Positions 34,856 to 45,167 of a stretch of DNA of 64,000 nucleotides are shown piece by piece. The stretch's first letter is position 1. Every line of letters begins with the position of its first letter. The notes beneath the pieces are model-generated. The model searched no databases and had not been told where the DNA came from. It was given only the letters and a program-made list of their open reading frames with translations. The position numbers were made by a program, and so were the translations under genes. Origin of the DNA: Eubacteriales bacterium. GTDB taxonomy: Bacteria > Bacillota > Clostridia > Oscillospirales > CAG-272. The DNA lies in NCBI GenBank assembly GCA_045594445.1, contig JAZNYL010000092.1, forward strand, positions 787-64,786, read 5' to 3'.

Positions 34856-35680
34856 ATGAAAAATATCGCACTTGGGCAATACTATCCTGCCCGGTCGCCC
34901 TTGCACAAGCTGGATCCGCGTATTAAGCTGATCATTGCGGTGCTGTATATCGTAGCCGCATTCTTGTGTAAGAATCTTCTTGGCTTTGCCTTGCTTGTCG
35001 CATCGGCCGCGCTGTTGATTGCATGCAGCCGCGTACCGCTCAAAACCGTACTCGGCAGCTTGAAAATGGTCGCCTTCATTCTGGTACTGACCGTAGCGAT
35101 CAATATCTTTCTGACAAAGGAGGAGGGCGTCGCACCGCTTTGGTCGTTCTGGATCTTTGAGGTCTATACCAAAGGCCTTTACAGCGCGCTGTTTATCGCT
35201 TTACGAATCCTTTGTATGATCATCGGCACTTGCATGCTGTTGACCTATACAACAACGCCCATCGCGCTGACGGACGCTTTGGAGAGATTGCTCTCACCCT
35301 TGCGTCATCTCAAGCTGCCTGTGCATGAATTCTCCATGATGATGTCGATCGCCCTGCGATTCATTCCCACCATTATGGAAGAGGCGGAAAAGATCATGGC
35401 AGCGCAAAAAGCAAGAGGTGCGGGCTTTACAGAGGGCAATCTGATCAAGCGAATCAAATCTCTGATTCCGATCCTGATACCGTTGTTTGCATCGGTATTC
35501 AGAAGAGCCTTTGAGCTGGCAACCGCCATGACTTGCCGCTGCTACCGCGGCGGAGACGGCAGAACGCGCATGACCACCATGCGCCTGCATGCATCGGACG
35601 TGATCGTGCTGGTCATTTCCATCGCAGCACTTGCGGGAATCGTATCCTGCAATTACTGGAATATCGGATATACTCTATAA
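34856..35680 (+). CDS. ecfT: Energy-coupling factor transporter transmembrane subunit EcfT
   Basis: The N-terminus YYPARSPLHKLDPRIKL and the conserved ARG...R loop (AAQKARGAGF) are typical of EcfT. I chose the ATG at 34856; the 34781 start overlaps ecfA2. Confidence 0.9.
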   Translation: MKNIALGQYYPARSPLHKLDPRIKLIIAVLYIVAAFLCKNLLGFALLVASAALLIACSRVPLKTVLGSLKMVAFILVLTVAINIFLTKEEGVAPLWSFWIFEVYTKGLYSALFIALRILCMIIGTCMLLTYTTTPIALTDALERLLSPLRHLKLPVHEFSMMMSIALRFIPTIMEEAEKIMAAQKARGAGFTEGNLIKRIKSLIPILIPLFASVFRRAFELATAMTCRCYRGGDGRTRMTTMRLHASDVIVLVISIAALAGIVSCNYWNIGYTL

Positions 35681-35700
35681 AATCTAAGGGAGGGGAGAAT

Positions 35701-36486
35701 ATGAAGCTGTTTTTGCGCTTGGCGTTTTTGGGAACTGCTTATAACGGATATCAGGTGCAGGGCGAGCAGCAGCCGACCGTGCAGCGCGAGCTGACGCGCG
35801 CATGTGCCGAGCTGTTTGGCGTGCGCTGTGATATCGTGGGCTGCAGCAGAACAGATAGCGGCGTGCATGCAAATATGTTTTGTGCAACGGTTGCCGAGCG
35901 CGGCACCGACGAGCTGCATACCTCCATCCCCGAATCCCGTATTGCGGTCGCATTGAATGCGCATCTGCCAGAGGATATCGCAGTTTTTGACGCGATATTT
36001 GTAAACAGCGAGTTTCATCCGAGATACGACGTGCAATACAAGGAATACGTCTACCGTATTCATAATTCTCCCTGCCGCAGCCCGTTTGAGCAGGATCGCG
36101 CATGGTTTTATCCTAAGCGCATTGATGATCAAGCCTTTACCAATATGCAAAAGGCGGCCGAATACTATTGCGGCACGCACGATTTCTCCTCGTTCATGGC
36201 GCAGGGCGCAACCGTAGCCCACGCCGTTCGCACGGTTATGCACGCAAGAGTGGAGAGAAAGGGTGACGTGATTGAATTTTACGTGGCAGCCGACGGCTTT
36301 CTTTACAATATGGTACGCATCATGACCGGCACGCTTGTAGCAGTTGCCGAGGGCAAGCTCAAGCCGGAGCAGATTCCGGAAGTGATCGCCGCCAAGGATC
36401 GCGCCGCCGCAGGCATGACCGCTCCCGCGATGGGGCTGTATCTCAATCGCGTGATATACCAACACATTCCGAAGGAGACGCCATGA
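35701..36486 (+). CDS. truA: tRNA pseudouridine(38-40) synthase TruA
   Basis: LAFLGTAYNGYQVQ, the catalytic-Asp context GCSRTDSGVHA and FLYNMVRIMTG. The ATG at 35701 follows GGGAGGGGAG. Confidence 0.93.
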   Translation: MKLFLRLAFLGTAYNGYQVQGEQQPTVQRELTRACAELFGVRCDIVGCSRTDSGVHANMFCATVAERGTDELHTSIPESRIAVALNAHLPEDIAVFDAIFVNSEFHPRYDVQYKEYVYRIHNSPCRSPFEQDRAWFYPKRIDDQAFTNMQKAAEYYCGTHDFSSFMAQGATVAHAVRTVMHARVERKGDVIEFYVAADGFLYNMVRIMTGTLVAVAEGKLKPEQIPEVIAAKDRAAAGMTAPAMGLYLNRVIYQHIPKETP

Positions 36487-37715
36487 AAAAATGGATTTTG
36501 GGTAAGAGCACAAAGCAAGCGGCCGTCGAGCCGATCCAATTGCAAACGTCGCGTAACCAATACTATGACGGCGTGTCCAACGTCTATCACATGGCGTTTA
36601 TCGTGCTGTTGGCCGCGCTTTTGGTATTTGTTTGCATCGCTATGCTGTGCAATATCGAGCTGTTTACCTATGAGAATTTCTACTATCTTGCCAAAGACAT
36701 CGGCGCAGCGTCCGACCTGCTTGCGGGATCGGGCAACGTAATCAACTACGAGACCTCTGCACGCAACCAGACCTTCGCGCTTTACCGTGGCGGTCTTGCG
36801 GTCGGTGGAGATTCCGGGCTGCAGCTGTTTACGGCAACCGGCAGGGAAACGCTGAATTCCTCTCCGGATTACACCGAGCCCGTGCTGCACGGCTCTGATA
36901 AGTATCTTTTGATCTACGACGTAGGAGAAAAGCGCTATTCCGTATATAACTCCTTTGTTTGTGTCCATCATGAGGAGTGTGAGTATCCCGTTTTTGCGGG
37001 CGCTATGTCGGATTCCGGCTATTACGCCGTCGTCACCGAGTCTTATTCGCACGCAGGCGTGGTATGCTTGTATAATGATCGCTTTGAGCTGGTAAATCGC
37101 TATAACCGTACGGATATGGTGGTCACCGCTGCCATCAATCAGGCAGGCAACCGTCTTGCGTTTGCAACGGCAGGAATGAAAAACGGCGCTTACGTGACCA
37201 CGCTGGTCATAGCAGTACCGGGCAAGGCCGAGGTTGCTTCAGAGCTGATTTTTGAAGGCCTGTTCCCGTACAGTATTGAATTTCTGGATCAGCATCGCCT
37301 TTTGCTCGTGGGTGATTGCGCATCCTTTGTCATTTCGGTGGATGACGCTGCCGAAATGTCACGCATCCGCTATGCGGCAGACGAGCAGTTGGCTTTTGCA
37401 GATGCAAATGCTTTTTATCACGCCTTTGCGTTTTCTGTCAATCCCGTGACCGATACCTACCGCCTGTTCGTGACAGATCAGAGCGGCAACCCGGTGCTGG
37501 ATCAGACCTTTGATGCAGGGCTTTGCGATCTGGCGATATACGCGGAGCACCTGTTTTTGATGACTGACGAGGGCGTTGCACGTATTGACTTGCAAGATGC
37601 ATCATACGACTTTATCAGCTGTCCGACGGACGGAAGCTCCATGCTGATCAGCAATACAGGAGAAATTCTGATCTGCGGCGGACAGAGTGCCGTTTATTAT
37701 GAATTTGAAGATTGA
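36483..37715 (+). CDS. Membrane-anchored protein of unknown function (single N-terminal TM; possibly DUF5711-like beta-propeller)
   Basis: 410-aa ORF with an ATGA overlap with truA. It has one TM helix (FIVLLAALLVFVCIAMLC) followed by repetitive beta-strand-like sequence. The family call is tentative. Confidence 0.6.
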   Translation: MKKWILGKSTKQAAVEPIQLQTSRNQYYDGVSNVYHMAFIVLLAALLVFVCIAMLCNIELFTYENFYYLAKDIGAASDLLAGSGNVINYETSARNQTFALYRGGLAVGGDSGLQLFTATGRETLNSSPDYTEPVLHGSDKYLLIYDVGEKRYSVYNSFVCVHHEECEYPVFAGAMSDSGYYAVVTESYSHAGVVCLYNDRFELVNRYNRTDMVVTAAINQAGNRLAFATAGMKNGAYVTTLVIAVPGKAEVASELIFEGLFPYSIEFLDQHRLLLVGDCASFVISVDDAAEMSRIRYAADEQLAFADANAFYHAFAFSVNPVTDTYRLFVTDQSGNPVLDQTFDAGLCDLAIYAEHLFLMTDEGVARIDLQDASYDFISCPTDGSSMLISNTGEILICGGQSAVYYEFED

Positions 37716-37739
37716 TAACCACAGGAGGTTTTACGATAC

Positions 37740-40067
37740 ATGGTCATGTGTTCCAATTGCCACAAGCGTGTGGCGGTGATCTTTGTCACCAAGTATGAAA
37801 ATGAAAAAAAGGTCAGCAAGGGCCTTTGTATTAAATGCGCCAAGGAAATGGGCATTCCCATGGAGAATATGCTGGGCGACTTGTCCGGTCAGCTGGGGCT
37901 TTCTCCCGATCAGCTTGAGAACATGGAGGACGAGCTCAACAATATGTTCCAGAACAGCCAGCTTCCTTCGGAAATGGATGATAACGAGGATGGCGGTGCG
38001 CCCGCGATTGATCTGCCCAAGCTGTTCGGAGAGGGCGAGGACGAGCCGGAAGAGCCTACCAATCTCCCTGCGGAGCAGCCTGTGAAAAAGGAAAAGAAGA
38101 GCAATAAAAAGGAATTCAAAAAGGACTCCGGCTCCAATTATAAATTTTTGAACACCTACTGCCGCCATTTGACGGGGCATGCACGTCAGGGAAGACTGGA
38201 CCGCATTGTTGGCAGACAAAACGAGCTGGCGCGCGTTATTCAGATTCTTTGTCGCAGACAGAAGAATAACCCTTGTCTGATCGGCGAGCCCGGCGTTGGT
38301 AAAACCGCCATTGCCGAGGCACTTGCACTTCGCATTGCAAACGGAGACGTACCTTACAAGCTCAAAAACAAAGAGCTTTATCAGGTAGATCTGACCGCTC
38401 TGGTTGCGGGTACGCAGTTCCGCGGACAGTTTGAGCAAAGAATTCTGGGACTTCTGACCGAGGTTAAGCAGGCAGGCAACGTGATTCTGGTCATTGATGA
38501 GGTGCACAACATCGTGGGTGCAGGCGGTGGCGAGGGCAGCATCAACGCAGCCAACATTCTCAAGCCCGCGCTTTCCCGCGGCGAGGTGCAGGTGATTGGT
38601 GCCACCACGCTGACCGAATATCGCAAGCACATTGAAAAGGACACCGCGCTGGAGCGCAGATTCCAGCCCGTGACCGTCAACGAGCCCTCGGTTGAGGAAA
38701 CCGTGGAAATGCTGCGCGGTATCAAGCATTATTACGAGGAATACCACAATATCACCATCCCCGAGGACGTGCTCAGACGCGCCGTCGTATTCTCGGAGAG
38801 ATATATCACCGACCGTTATCTGCCCGATAAGGCGATTGACCTGCTTGACGAGGCTGCCAGCGCGCTGTCGCTTTCCAGCGCACCGCTCAACGAGTCTCAC
38901 GAGATCCGCGATAAGCTGCTCGTGCTCAAGCAAGAGAGAGAGGAACTGGAAAACGCTCCTGCTGATCAGGAAAAGAACGAGCAGCTGCGCTATGAAAAGA
39001 TTGCCAAGATCAAGGCAACCGAAATGCAGCTTGCGGAAAAGCTGGCCGTGCTGGAGGAGGATTGCAAGAAAATCGTGCTCTCTCCCGATCAGCTTGCAGA
39101 GGTCATTGAGGTATGGACCGGCATTCCTGCTACCACCATCAAGAGAAACGAATATGAGCGCATTGACAACCTCAAAGCAAGACTCCTTGAAAAGATCATC
39201 GGTCAGGATCACGCCGTGGAGGCCGTGGCACGCGCTATCAAGCGTAACCGTGCCGGCATTTCCTATAAGCGCAAGCCCGTATCCTTTATCTTTGCAGGTC
39301 CTACGGGCGTAGGTAAGACCGAGCTTGTCAAAACACTGGCAGAGGATCTGTTCCAGTCTCCCGAAACACTGATCAGACTGGATATGTCCGAGTTTATGGA
39401 AAAGCACTCGGTTTCTCGTACCATCGGCTCGCCGCCCGGATACGTGGGCTACGACGATGCAGGTCAGCTGACCGAAAAGATCCGCCGCAGACCGTATTCG
39501 GTCGTGCTGTTTGACGAGATCGAAAAGGCGCATCCCGACGTGCTCAATATTCTGCTGCAGATTCTTGACGACGGCAGAATTACGGACGCACACGGCAAAA
39601 CCGTCAACTTTGAAAATACTGTCATTGTTATGACCACCAACGCGGGCTCCAACCGCTCTTCCTCAATCATGGGCTTTTCCGCAGACGTACAGAGCGGTGC
39701 GCAGAACAATACCGAGAAGGCTTTGACAGAATTTCTGCGTCCCGAGTTTATCAACCGCGTAGACGAGGTTATCACCTTCAGACATCTGGATCAGAACGAC
39801 TTTGTCAAGATTGCCGAGATCATGCTCGGTCAGCTTGCAGGTGTGCTTTCCGAGCGCGGATTTAACTTGGAATGGACGCAGCCCGCAGCAGAGCTGATTG
39901 CAAACGAATCCTATTCACAGAAATACGGTGCAAGAAATATGCGTCGCTATATTCAGAAGCACGTGGAGGACGCACTTGCCGAGGTGATCGTTTCCGATTA
40001 CCAAAATCAATATACGCATGCCCTCATCTCTGTCTGCGAGGGCAAAATCAAGGTCAGCTGCGACTAA
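37740..40067 (+). CDS. ATP-dependent Clp protease ATP-binding subunit, ClpE/ClpC-like, with an N-terminal zinc ribbon
   Basis: N-terminal CSNC...x22...CIKC. Two AAA+ modules ([12 protein letters not shown]; [11 protein letters not shown]), a short coiled-coil middle region and a ClpP-docking-type loop (SIMGFS). Confidence 0.88.
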   Translation: MVMCSNCHKRVAVIFVTKYENEKKVSKGLCIKCAKEMGIPMENMLGDLSGQLGLSPDQLENMEDELNNMFQNSQLPSEMDDNEDGGAPAIDLPKLFGEGEDEPEEPTNLPAEQPVKKEKKSNKKEFKKDSGSNYKFLNTYCRHLTGHARQGRLDRIVGRQNELARVIQILCRRQKNNPCLIGEPGVGKTAIAEALALRIANGDVPYKLKNKELYQVDLTALVAGTQFRGQFEQRILGLLTEVKQAGNVILVIDEVHNIVGAGGGEGSINAANILKPALSRGEVQVIGATTLTEYRKHIEKDTALERRFQPVTVNEPSVEETVEMLRGIKHYYEEYHNITIPEDVLRRAVVFSERYITDRYLPDKAIDLLDEAASALSLSSAPLNESHEIRDKLLVLKQEREELENAPADQEKNEQLRYEKIAKIKATEMQLAEKLAVLEEDCKKIVLSPDQLAEVIEVWTGIPATTIKRNEYERIDNLKARLLEKIIGQDHAVEAVARAIKRNRAGISYKRKPVSFIFAGPTGVGKTELVKTLAEDLFQSPETLIRLDMSEFMEKHSVSRTIGSPPGYVGYDDAGQLTEKIRRRPYSVVLFDEIEKAHPDVLNILLQILDDGRITDAHGKTVNFENTVIVMTTNAGSNRSSSIMGFSADVQSGAQNNTEKALTEFLRPEFINRVDEVITFRHLDQNDFVKIAEIMLGQLAGVLSERGFNLEWTQPAAELIANESYSQKYGARNMRRYIQKHVEDALAEVIVSDYQNQYTHALISVCEGKIKVSCD

Positions 40068-40101
40068 TTTATCAGAATAATACAAGAAGGAGGAAAAGCG
40101 A

Positions 40102-42849
40102 ATGGCCATCAAGCACGCATGGCATGCCATGGATACCGAACAGATCGCCACAAGGTTGGAAACTGATCCCGTCAAGGGCCTTGAGCGAAAGCAAGCGCAC
40201 GCGCGCGCAAACAAACTGAATATTCGACAGCCGGAAGCAAGACATTCGCTTTTCCTTCCCGCAAAGCGGCCTCTATATCGCTATCTTGCAAAAATGCTGT
40301 TGGATCCGATCATGATCCTGACGCTGCTGATAGCGGCAATCGTTTTCTTCTTTGAGCAGTACGCGCTTGGCGGAACCATCATCTTTATCATGCTTTGTAA
40401 CGCCGCCTGCTGCGCATTCGCATACGCAAAAGCGAACGACGTGCGCAATACGATGCAGCTGTATTCCAATCCCATGGTCAAGGTGATACGCGGCGGAAAG
40501 CTATATACCACGGATGCAAGAAACGTCGTACCCGGAGATCTGGTCGTGCTGACCCGTGGCGACGTTTGCCCGGCAGACGTGCGACTGGAGCAAGGCTGCA
40601 CGATACGCGTCAAGCAATATAAGCTTGGATCGCGTCACGGACAGGGAATGATCACGGAAGAGGTATATAAAAGCGGAAACCGCATGTATACACCCGATTA
40701 TGGCGTGGAAAATCCGGATTGCGAGAATATCGTTTACGCTGGCTCTGTGATTTTAGAGGGTTTTGCAAAGGGAATAGCTGTGGAAACCGGTAAATATACC
40801 TACGTCGGTGCTGTCAATGGCACAGTCCCCGGTACTGAACGCGAGCAAGACCCCGACAGCATTGCGTATATCCGACGTTATTTTCAAAGATTCTCTATGA
40901 TTCAAGCAATACTGCTGATTCCTCTGACAGTGATCATGACGATCACGCTGCGCCGGACGCTCAGCTTTGAGGCGTGCTTTTTAACTGCGCTATCGCTTTG
41001 CTGCACAGCCATAGCCGAGCATATCGTTGCCCTTGCCGAGATCATCCGTGCAACCGGCATTGATTCCGCAGCATCGCAAAAGGAAAACGAGTCTTTGGCC
41101 ATCATCAAAAACAGTCTCGCGGCAGATCGTCTGTGCGAAATGACCGATCTTGTGCTGCTTGATTCCTCTGCGATCTGCGATGGCAAGTACCATCTGGAAT
41201 CGGTATATGCCGGCGGTTCTATCTATAATCAGAACGAGCTGATCAACCGCGACGTTTACAGGCTCGCCTGCGACCTGTATCTGTACCGTACCGCTGTCAG
41301 AGCCCCCGGAGCTGCCGAGCGCGATGCCTTTGATTCAGGCTTTGTCGGCCCCATCGACGCTCTGATCAAGCACGTGGGCGTGGACAAGCAGGCAATTGAA
41401 ATGACCAGACTTTGCTCACGTATCACCACAGACGGTGAAGTCGTGATTGCCCATAACCAAATGAAGCAGGGGGAATATGACGTCGTACTGACGCAGGACG
41501 AGCAGCAGCTCACGACCTGCACGCAGGTGCTTTCGGGAGAGCTGACCAAACCTTTTGACGACAGCGAGCATATCGCGCTGCGCACGTTGTGCCGTATTTA
41601 CCGAGAATCCGGTTATCGCGTGCTGATTGTTCTGGAGCGCAGCGAACAGCAGGTCACCTTAATTGGCGTGCTGGCATTTGCGCACAGACCGGGATATCAA
41701 TTTTCACATTGCTGCAGCGCCCTGATGGAAACGGGCGTTCGCATCTCCGCGTTTTTGCCGGATCATGCGGAAAGCATGAAAATATTGACCGATAGCGGCC
41801 TTGTGCGTGACGAACTGACCGACGTTTTACGTGCTTCGGCAGCCATGGACGAGGGATTGGATCTGCACGTGGCGTACGGCAGCTATCGCGCTTACCTTGG
41901 CTTTACGCAGGATCAGATCGCAGACCTGATGCAAAAGCTGCGTCAGCGCGGCAACCGTATCGCTACCTATTGCGTGGATCATTCCATGCAGGATATACAC
42001 GAAGCGGCAGATTTGAAGATCACTTGCGATTCTATGGAATACAGATCTCAAAAGGTCGCGGAATCTTTGTATGAAAGCATGCCGGTTGACGGTAAGGAAT
42101 TCAGCGCCCGAGCCTCGCAGAACACAAGGAGAAGCTCCGACGTCATTCTCAGGCGCGCAGGAAAGCGCGGCGGAGGCTTGTTCGGCGTACTGACCGGAAG
42201 AAAGCTCGCGCTTACCATCAATCATAATCTTGCCAATATGATGACCTATCTGATCACCGTGCAATTCTTCCGTCTCCTGCTTGTGGCGTTGCCCGCGCTG
42301 TTCGGCACGCTGACGCTTTCTGCGGTATCCTTAATGATCAGCGGACTGATTCTTGATCTCTTGGCCGTGATCCTGTTTGCATTCGTATCGCCCAATCAAG
42401 CGGCGGTGGCGTCCTCTTATCCGATTATGCGAAGACTGGAAAAGCCGATCGCATATAATACCGCCAATCTGATCAGCGCTTGCGTCAGCGCATTGGTGTT
42501 GTGGCTTGGAATGGTACTTCTGCAGCTCTTTGACGTACTGAGTGCAGACGCCTGCACAGGACTTTGCTTTGTATCAACCGCGCTTCTGCAGGCTACCGTG
42601 TTCGCGGTCACGCTGTACGAATATAGCGCGAAAAAGAAAAAGGGAAGAATCCTTCCGCTTCATGCGGCAATTTTGTGCGGATACGTTTGCATCGTTGCAA
42701 TCAGCACCTTCCTGCCCGGCCTGAGTACACTGACGGGCACGGTACATATCCCCGCGCCGGCATTTCTTATAACGCCTTTTGCACCTTTGGTGTACTACGT
42801 CATGTATCGCATTTTGAGTGCAAAGGGACTCAATCTGCACAAATCATGA
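40102..42849 (+). CDS. P-type-ATPase-like membrane protein with degenerate catalytic motifs
   Basis: Cation_ATPase_N-like start (WHAMDTEQIATRLETDPVKGLERKQA), an A-domain-like VIRGGKLYTTDARNVVPGDLVVLTRGDVCPADVRL and about 10 TM segments. DSSAI (41161-41175) replaces DKTGT, ITEE replaces TGES, and there are no PEGLP or GDGxND motifs. Confidence 0.75.
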   Translation: MAIKHAWHAMDTEQIATRLETDPVKGLERKQAHARANKLNIRQPEARHSLFLPAKRPLYRYLAKMLLDPIMILTLLIAAIVFFFEQYALGGTIIFIMLCNAACCAFAYAKANDVRNTMQLYSNPMVKVIRGGKLYTTDARNVVPGDLVVLTRGDVCPADVRLEQGCTIRVKQYKLGSRHGQGMITEEVYKSGNRMYTPDYGVENPDCENIVYAGSVILEGFAKGIAVETGKYTYVGAVNGTVPGTEREQDPDSIAYIRRYFQRFSMIQAILLIPLTVIMTITLRRTLSFEACFLTALSLCCTAIAEHIVALAEIIRATGIDSAASQKENESLAIIKNSLAADRLCEMTDLVLLDSSAICDGKYHLESVYAGGSIYNQNELINRDVYRLACDLYLYRTAVRAPGAAERDAFDSGFVGPIDALIKHVGVDKQAIEMTRLCSRITTDGEVVIAHNQMKQGEYDVVLTQDEQQLTTCTQVLSGELTKPFDDSEHIALRTLCRIYRESGYRVLIVLERSEQQVTLIGVLAFAHRPGYQFSHCCSALMETGVRISAFLPDHAESMKILTDSGLVRDELTDVLRASAAMDEGLDLHVAYGSYRAYLGFTQDQIADLMQKLRQRGNRIATYCVDHSMQDIHEAADLKITCDSMEYRSQKVAESLYESMPVDGKEFSARASQNTRRSSDVILRRAGKRGGGLFGVLTGRKLALTINHNLANMMTYLITVQFFRLLLVALPALFGTLTLSAVSLMISGLILDLLAVILFAFVSPNQAAVASSYPIMRRLEKPIAYNTANLISACVSALVLWLGMVLLQLFDVLSADACTGLCFVSTALLQATVFAVTLYEYSAKKKKGRILPLHAAILCGYVCIVAISTFLPGLSTLTGTVHIPAPAFLITPFAPLVYYVMYRILSAKGLNLHKS

Positions 42850-42900
42850 AATATCCTGCTTCCAATCCGGCATATAATGAACGGAAGGGGAGTGATCAGA

Positions 42901-43200
42901 ATGAAATTGTGCAGTTATCAGGAGCTTGCCACCAAAGACGTGATCAACGTCTGTACGGGCGAGCGGTTGGGCAGAATCTGCGATATTGAGATCAACGTCA
43001 AGGACTGTACCGTTTGCTCAATCATTGTTCCGGGCCAGAGCAGCTTGCTGGGCTTTGGAAAGGCCACGGAGCTATTGATACCGTGGGCAAGGATTGAATG
43101 CATTGGAGAGGATACTGTGCTTGTGCGACTGAATGCAGAGGAATTGAACGGCTGCTCCGCACCAAAGCGCAAGCCGAAGCATGGTTTATTTGGCAAATAA
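42901..43200 (+). CDS. YlmC/YmxH-family sporulation protein (PRC-barrel)
   Basis: MKLCSYQELATKDVINVCTGERLGRICDIEIN...CSIIVPG matches the YlmC/YmxH pattern. The ATG at 42901 follows AAGGGGAG. Confidence 0.85.
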   Translation: MKLCSYQELATKDVINVCTGERLGRICDIEINVKDCTVCSIIVPGQSSLLGFGKATELLIPWARIECIGEDTVLVRLNAEELNGCSAPKRKPKHGLFGK

Positions 43201-43233
43201 TTGTAAACTATTTGTAAACATTGAATTTGGCTA

Positions 43234-43262
43234 TTGCGAACCTAAATAAACTATGTTATAAT
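43234..43262 (+). promoter_or_regulatory. Sigma-A-type promoter of rpsB-tsf
   Basis: TTGCGA (43234-43239), a 17-nt spacer, then TATAAT (43257-43262) with a TG extension (aTGtTATAAT). This predicts a 5' leader of about 145 nt. Confidence 0.6.
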
Positions 43263-43413
43263 ATTCGCCGTGTGTTGGAAATCCCAACATATAATACAAA
43301 AATACACACACAGGGAAGGCAGGGTACTACCGGTGTTTCCGCAGGCAATAAAAGCCCCGGGGATTGATGCGTACCGAACGACTCTGTGGTGGAAAAACCG
43401 AAGGAGGACAAAA

Positions 43414-44157
43414 ATGTCTATCATCACAATCAAGCAGCTCTTGGAAGCAGGTGTTCACTTTGGACACCACACCAGAAGATGGAACCCCAAAATGCAGGAA
43501 TACATCTTCACCGAAAGAAACGGCATCTACATCATCGACCTGCAGAAGACCGTTAAGAAGTTTGAGGAAGCTTACGACTTCATTCGCGAGCTCTCTGCAA
43601 ACGGCGGCACCCTGTTGTTCGTTGGTACTAAAAAGCAGGCAGCTGAAGCTATCAAGGAAGAAGCTACCAGATGCGGTATGTACTACGTAAACGTCAGATG
43701 GCCCGGTGGTATGATGACCAACTTCAAGACCATCAAGAGCTCCATCAACCGTCTGAACAGCCTGACCAAGATGCAGGAAGACGGCACCTTTGATATGCTT
43801 CCCAAGAAGGAAGTTGCTGCAAAGCAGAAGGAAATCTTCGACCTGGAGAAGTCCTACGGCGGTATCAAGACCATGGACAGACTGCCTGATGCAGTGTTCA
43901 TCGTTGACCCCCGCAAGGAAAGAAATGCAGTCCTGGAAGCTAAGAAGCTGGGTATTCCGGTTATCGCTATCGTTGACACCAACTGCGATCCCGACGACGC
44001 TGATTACGTCATTCCCGGTAACGACGACGCTATCCGTGCTATCAAGCTGATCTCCTCTATCATTGCTGACGGTATCATCGAAGGCAGACAGGGCGAGCAG
44101 CTGACCGATGCAGCAGAGGTTAAGGCAGAGGCTGAGACCGAAGAGGCTGCTGAGTAA
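43414..44157 (+). CDS. rpsB: 30S ribosomal protein S2
   Basis: [27 protein letters not shown]... is a canonical S2 N-terminus. The ATG at 43414 follows AAGGAGGA. The 43270 start in the ORF track is a leader read-through. Confidence 0.97.
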   Translation: MSIITIKQLLEAGVHFGHHTRRWNPKMQEYIFTERNGIYIIDLQKTVKKFEEAYDFIRELSANGGTLLFVGTKKQAAEAIKEEATRCGMYYVNVRWPGGMMTNFKTIKSSINRLNSLTKMQEDGTFDMLPKKEVAAKQKEIFDLEKSYGGIKTMDRLPDAVFIVDPRKERNAVLEAKKLGIPVIAIVDTNCDPDDADYVIPGNDDAIRAIKLISSIIADGIIEGRQGEQLTDAAEVKAEAETEEAAE

Positions 44158-44187
44158 TCCCCGAAATAAAAATTAAGGAGAATAAAA

Positions 44188-45114
44188 ATGGCTAACATTA
44201 CTGCAAAAGACGTTGCTACACTGCGTGCTAAGACCGGTATTGGTATGATGGAGTGCAAGAAGGCACTCGTTGAGGCTGACGGTGACATAGATGCTGCTAT
44301 CAAGATCCTTCGTGAGAAGGGCGAGCTCAAGGCTGAGAGCAAGATGGCCAGCAGAATTGCTGCTGACGGTATCGTTGACGTATACACCGAGGGCAACACC
44401 ACCGCTATGATCGAGGTTAACTCCGAGACCGACTTCGTTGCAAAGAACGCTTCCTTCCAGGAATTCGTAAAGAACCTGCTTAAGACCATCGTGGCTAACA
44501 AGCCCGCTGACGTTGAGGCTCTGATGGCTTCTGACTACATTGATGGCACCTGCACCGTTGAGGCTAAGCTCAAGGAGCAGATCTTCGTTATCGGTGAGAA
44601 GCTGAGCATCCGCCGCTTCATGGTTATTGAGGGTATCACCAGCACTTATATTCACGGTATGGGCTCCATCGGCGTTGTAACTCTGTTCGACACCGATTGC
44701 GCTGACAAGGAAGGCTTTGCTGAGTTTGCAAGAAACATTTCTCTGCAGATCGGCGCATACGTAACTCCTTACCTTGACAGAGATCACGTTCCCGCATCCG
44801 TTATTGAGTCTGAGAAGGAAATCCTGCTTGCGCAGATCTCCAACGACCCTGCAATGGCTAAGAAGCCCGACGCAATCAAGGCTAAGATGGTTGAGGGTAG
44901 AATCTCCAAGTTCTACGACAACAACTGCCTGGTAGATATGGGCTATATCAAGGACGACGATATGACTGTTGGACAGTATATCGCAGCAACCGCTAAGGAG
45001 CTGGGCGGCCACATCGCCGTTAAGGCATTCTGGCGTTACGAAAAGGGCGAAGGCATCCAGAAGAAGGAAGAGGACTTCGCTGCTGAGATCGCTAAGCTGA
45101 CCAACAATCAGTAA
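44188..45114 (+). CDS. tsf: Translation elongation factor Ts
   Basis: ITAKDVATLRAKTGIGMMECKKAL UBA-like N-terminus and a dimerisation/core domain. 308 aa. Confidence 0.97.
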   Translation: MANITAKDVATLRAKTGIGMMECKKALVEADGDIDAAIKILREKGELKAESKMASRIAADGIVDVYTEGNTTAMIEVNSETDFVAKNASFQEFVKNLLKTIVANKPADVEALMASDYIDGTCTVEAKLKEQIFVIGEKLSIRRFMVIEGITSTYIHGMGSIGVVTLFDTDCADKEGFAEFARNISLQIGAYVTPYLDRDHVPASVIESEKEILLAQISNDPAMAKKPDAIKAKMVEGRISKFYDNNCLVDMGYIKDDDMTVGQYIAATAKELGGHIAVKAFWRYEKGEGIQKKEEDFAAEIAKLTNNQ

Positions 45115-45131
45115 TTGATGAACTCCAAATA

Positions 45132-45167
45132 AAAGCGTGGCTACGGCCGCGCTTTTATTTTTTTATC
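45132..45167 (+). terminator. Rho-independent terminator after tsf
   Basis: AAAGCGTGGC-tacg-GCCGCGCTTT (one G-U pair) followed by TATTTTTTT. Confidence 0.8.

Noticed and set aside
37731-39593. 620-aa ORF on the minus strand
   Set aside because: Antisense to the Clp ATPase gene, which has clear Walker A/B and ClpP-loop motifs. No recognisable domain and no SD. It is a typical shadow ORF.
43270-43413. N-terminal extensions offered by the ORF track (rpsB 43270, truA 35533, ecfT 34781, helicase 10998, paralogue-1 18128, ruvA 28413, DUF951 31531, argG 62761, pyrH 45242, YlmC 42877)
   Set aside because: In each case an internal ATG or TTG sits behind a proper Shine-Dalgarno sequence and yields the canonical family N-terminus. 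The longer versions overlap upstream genes or predicted promoters, or lack an SD.
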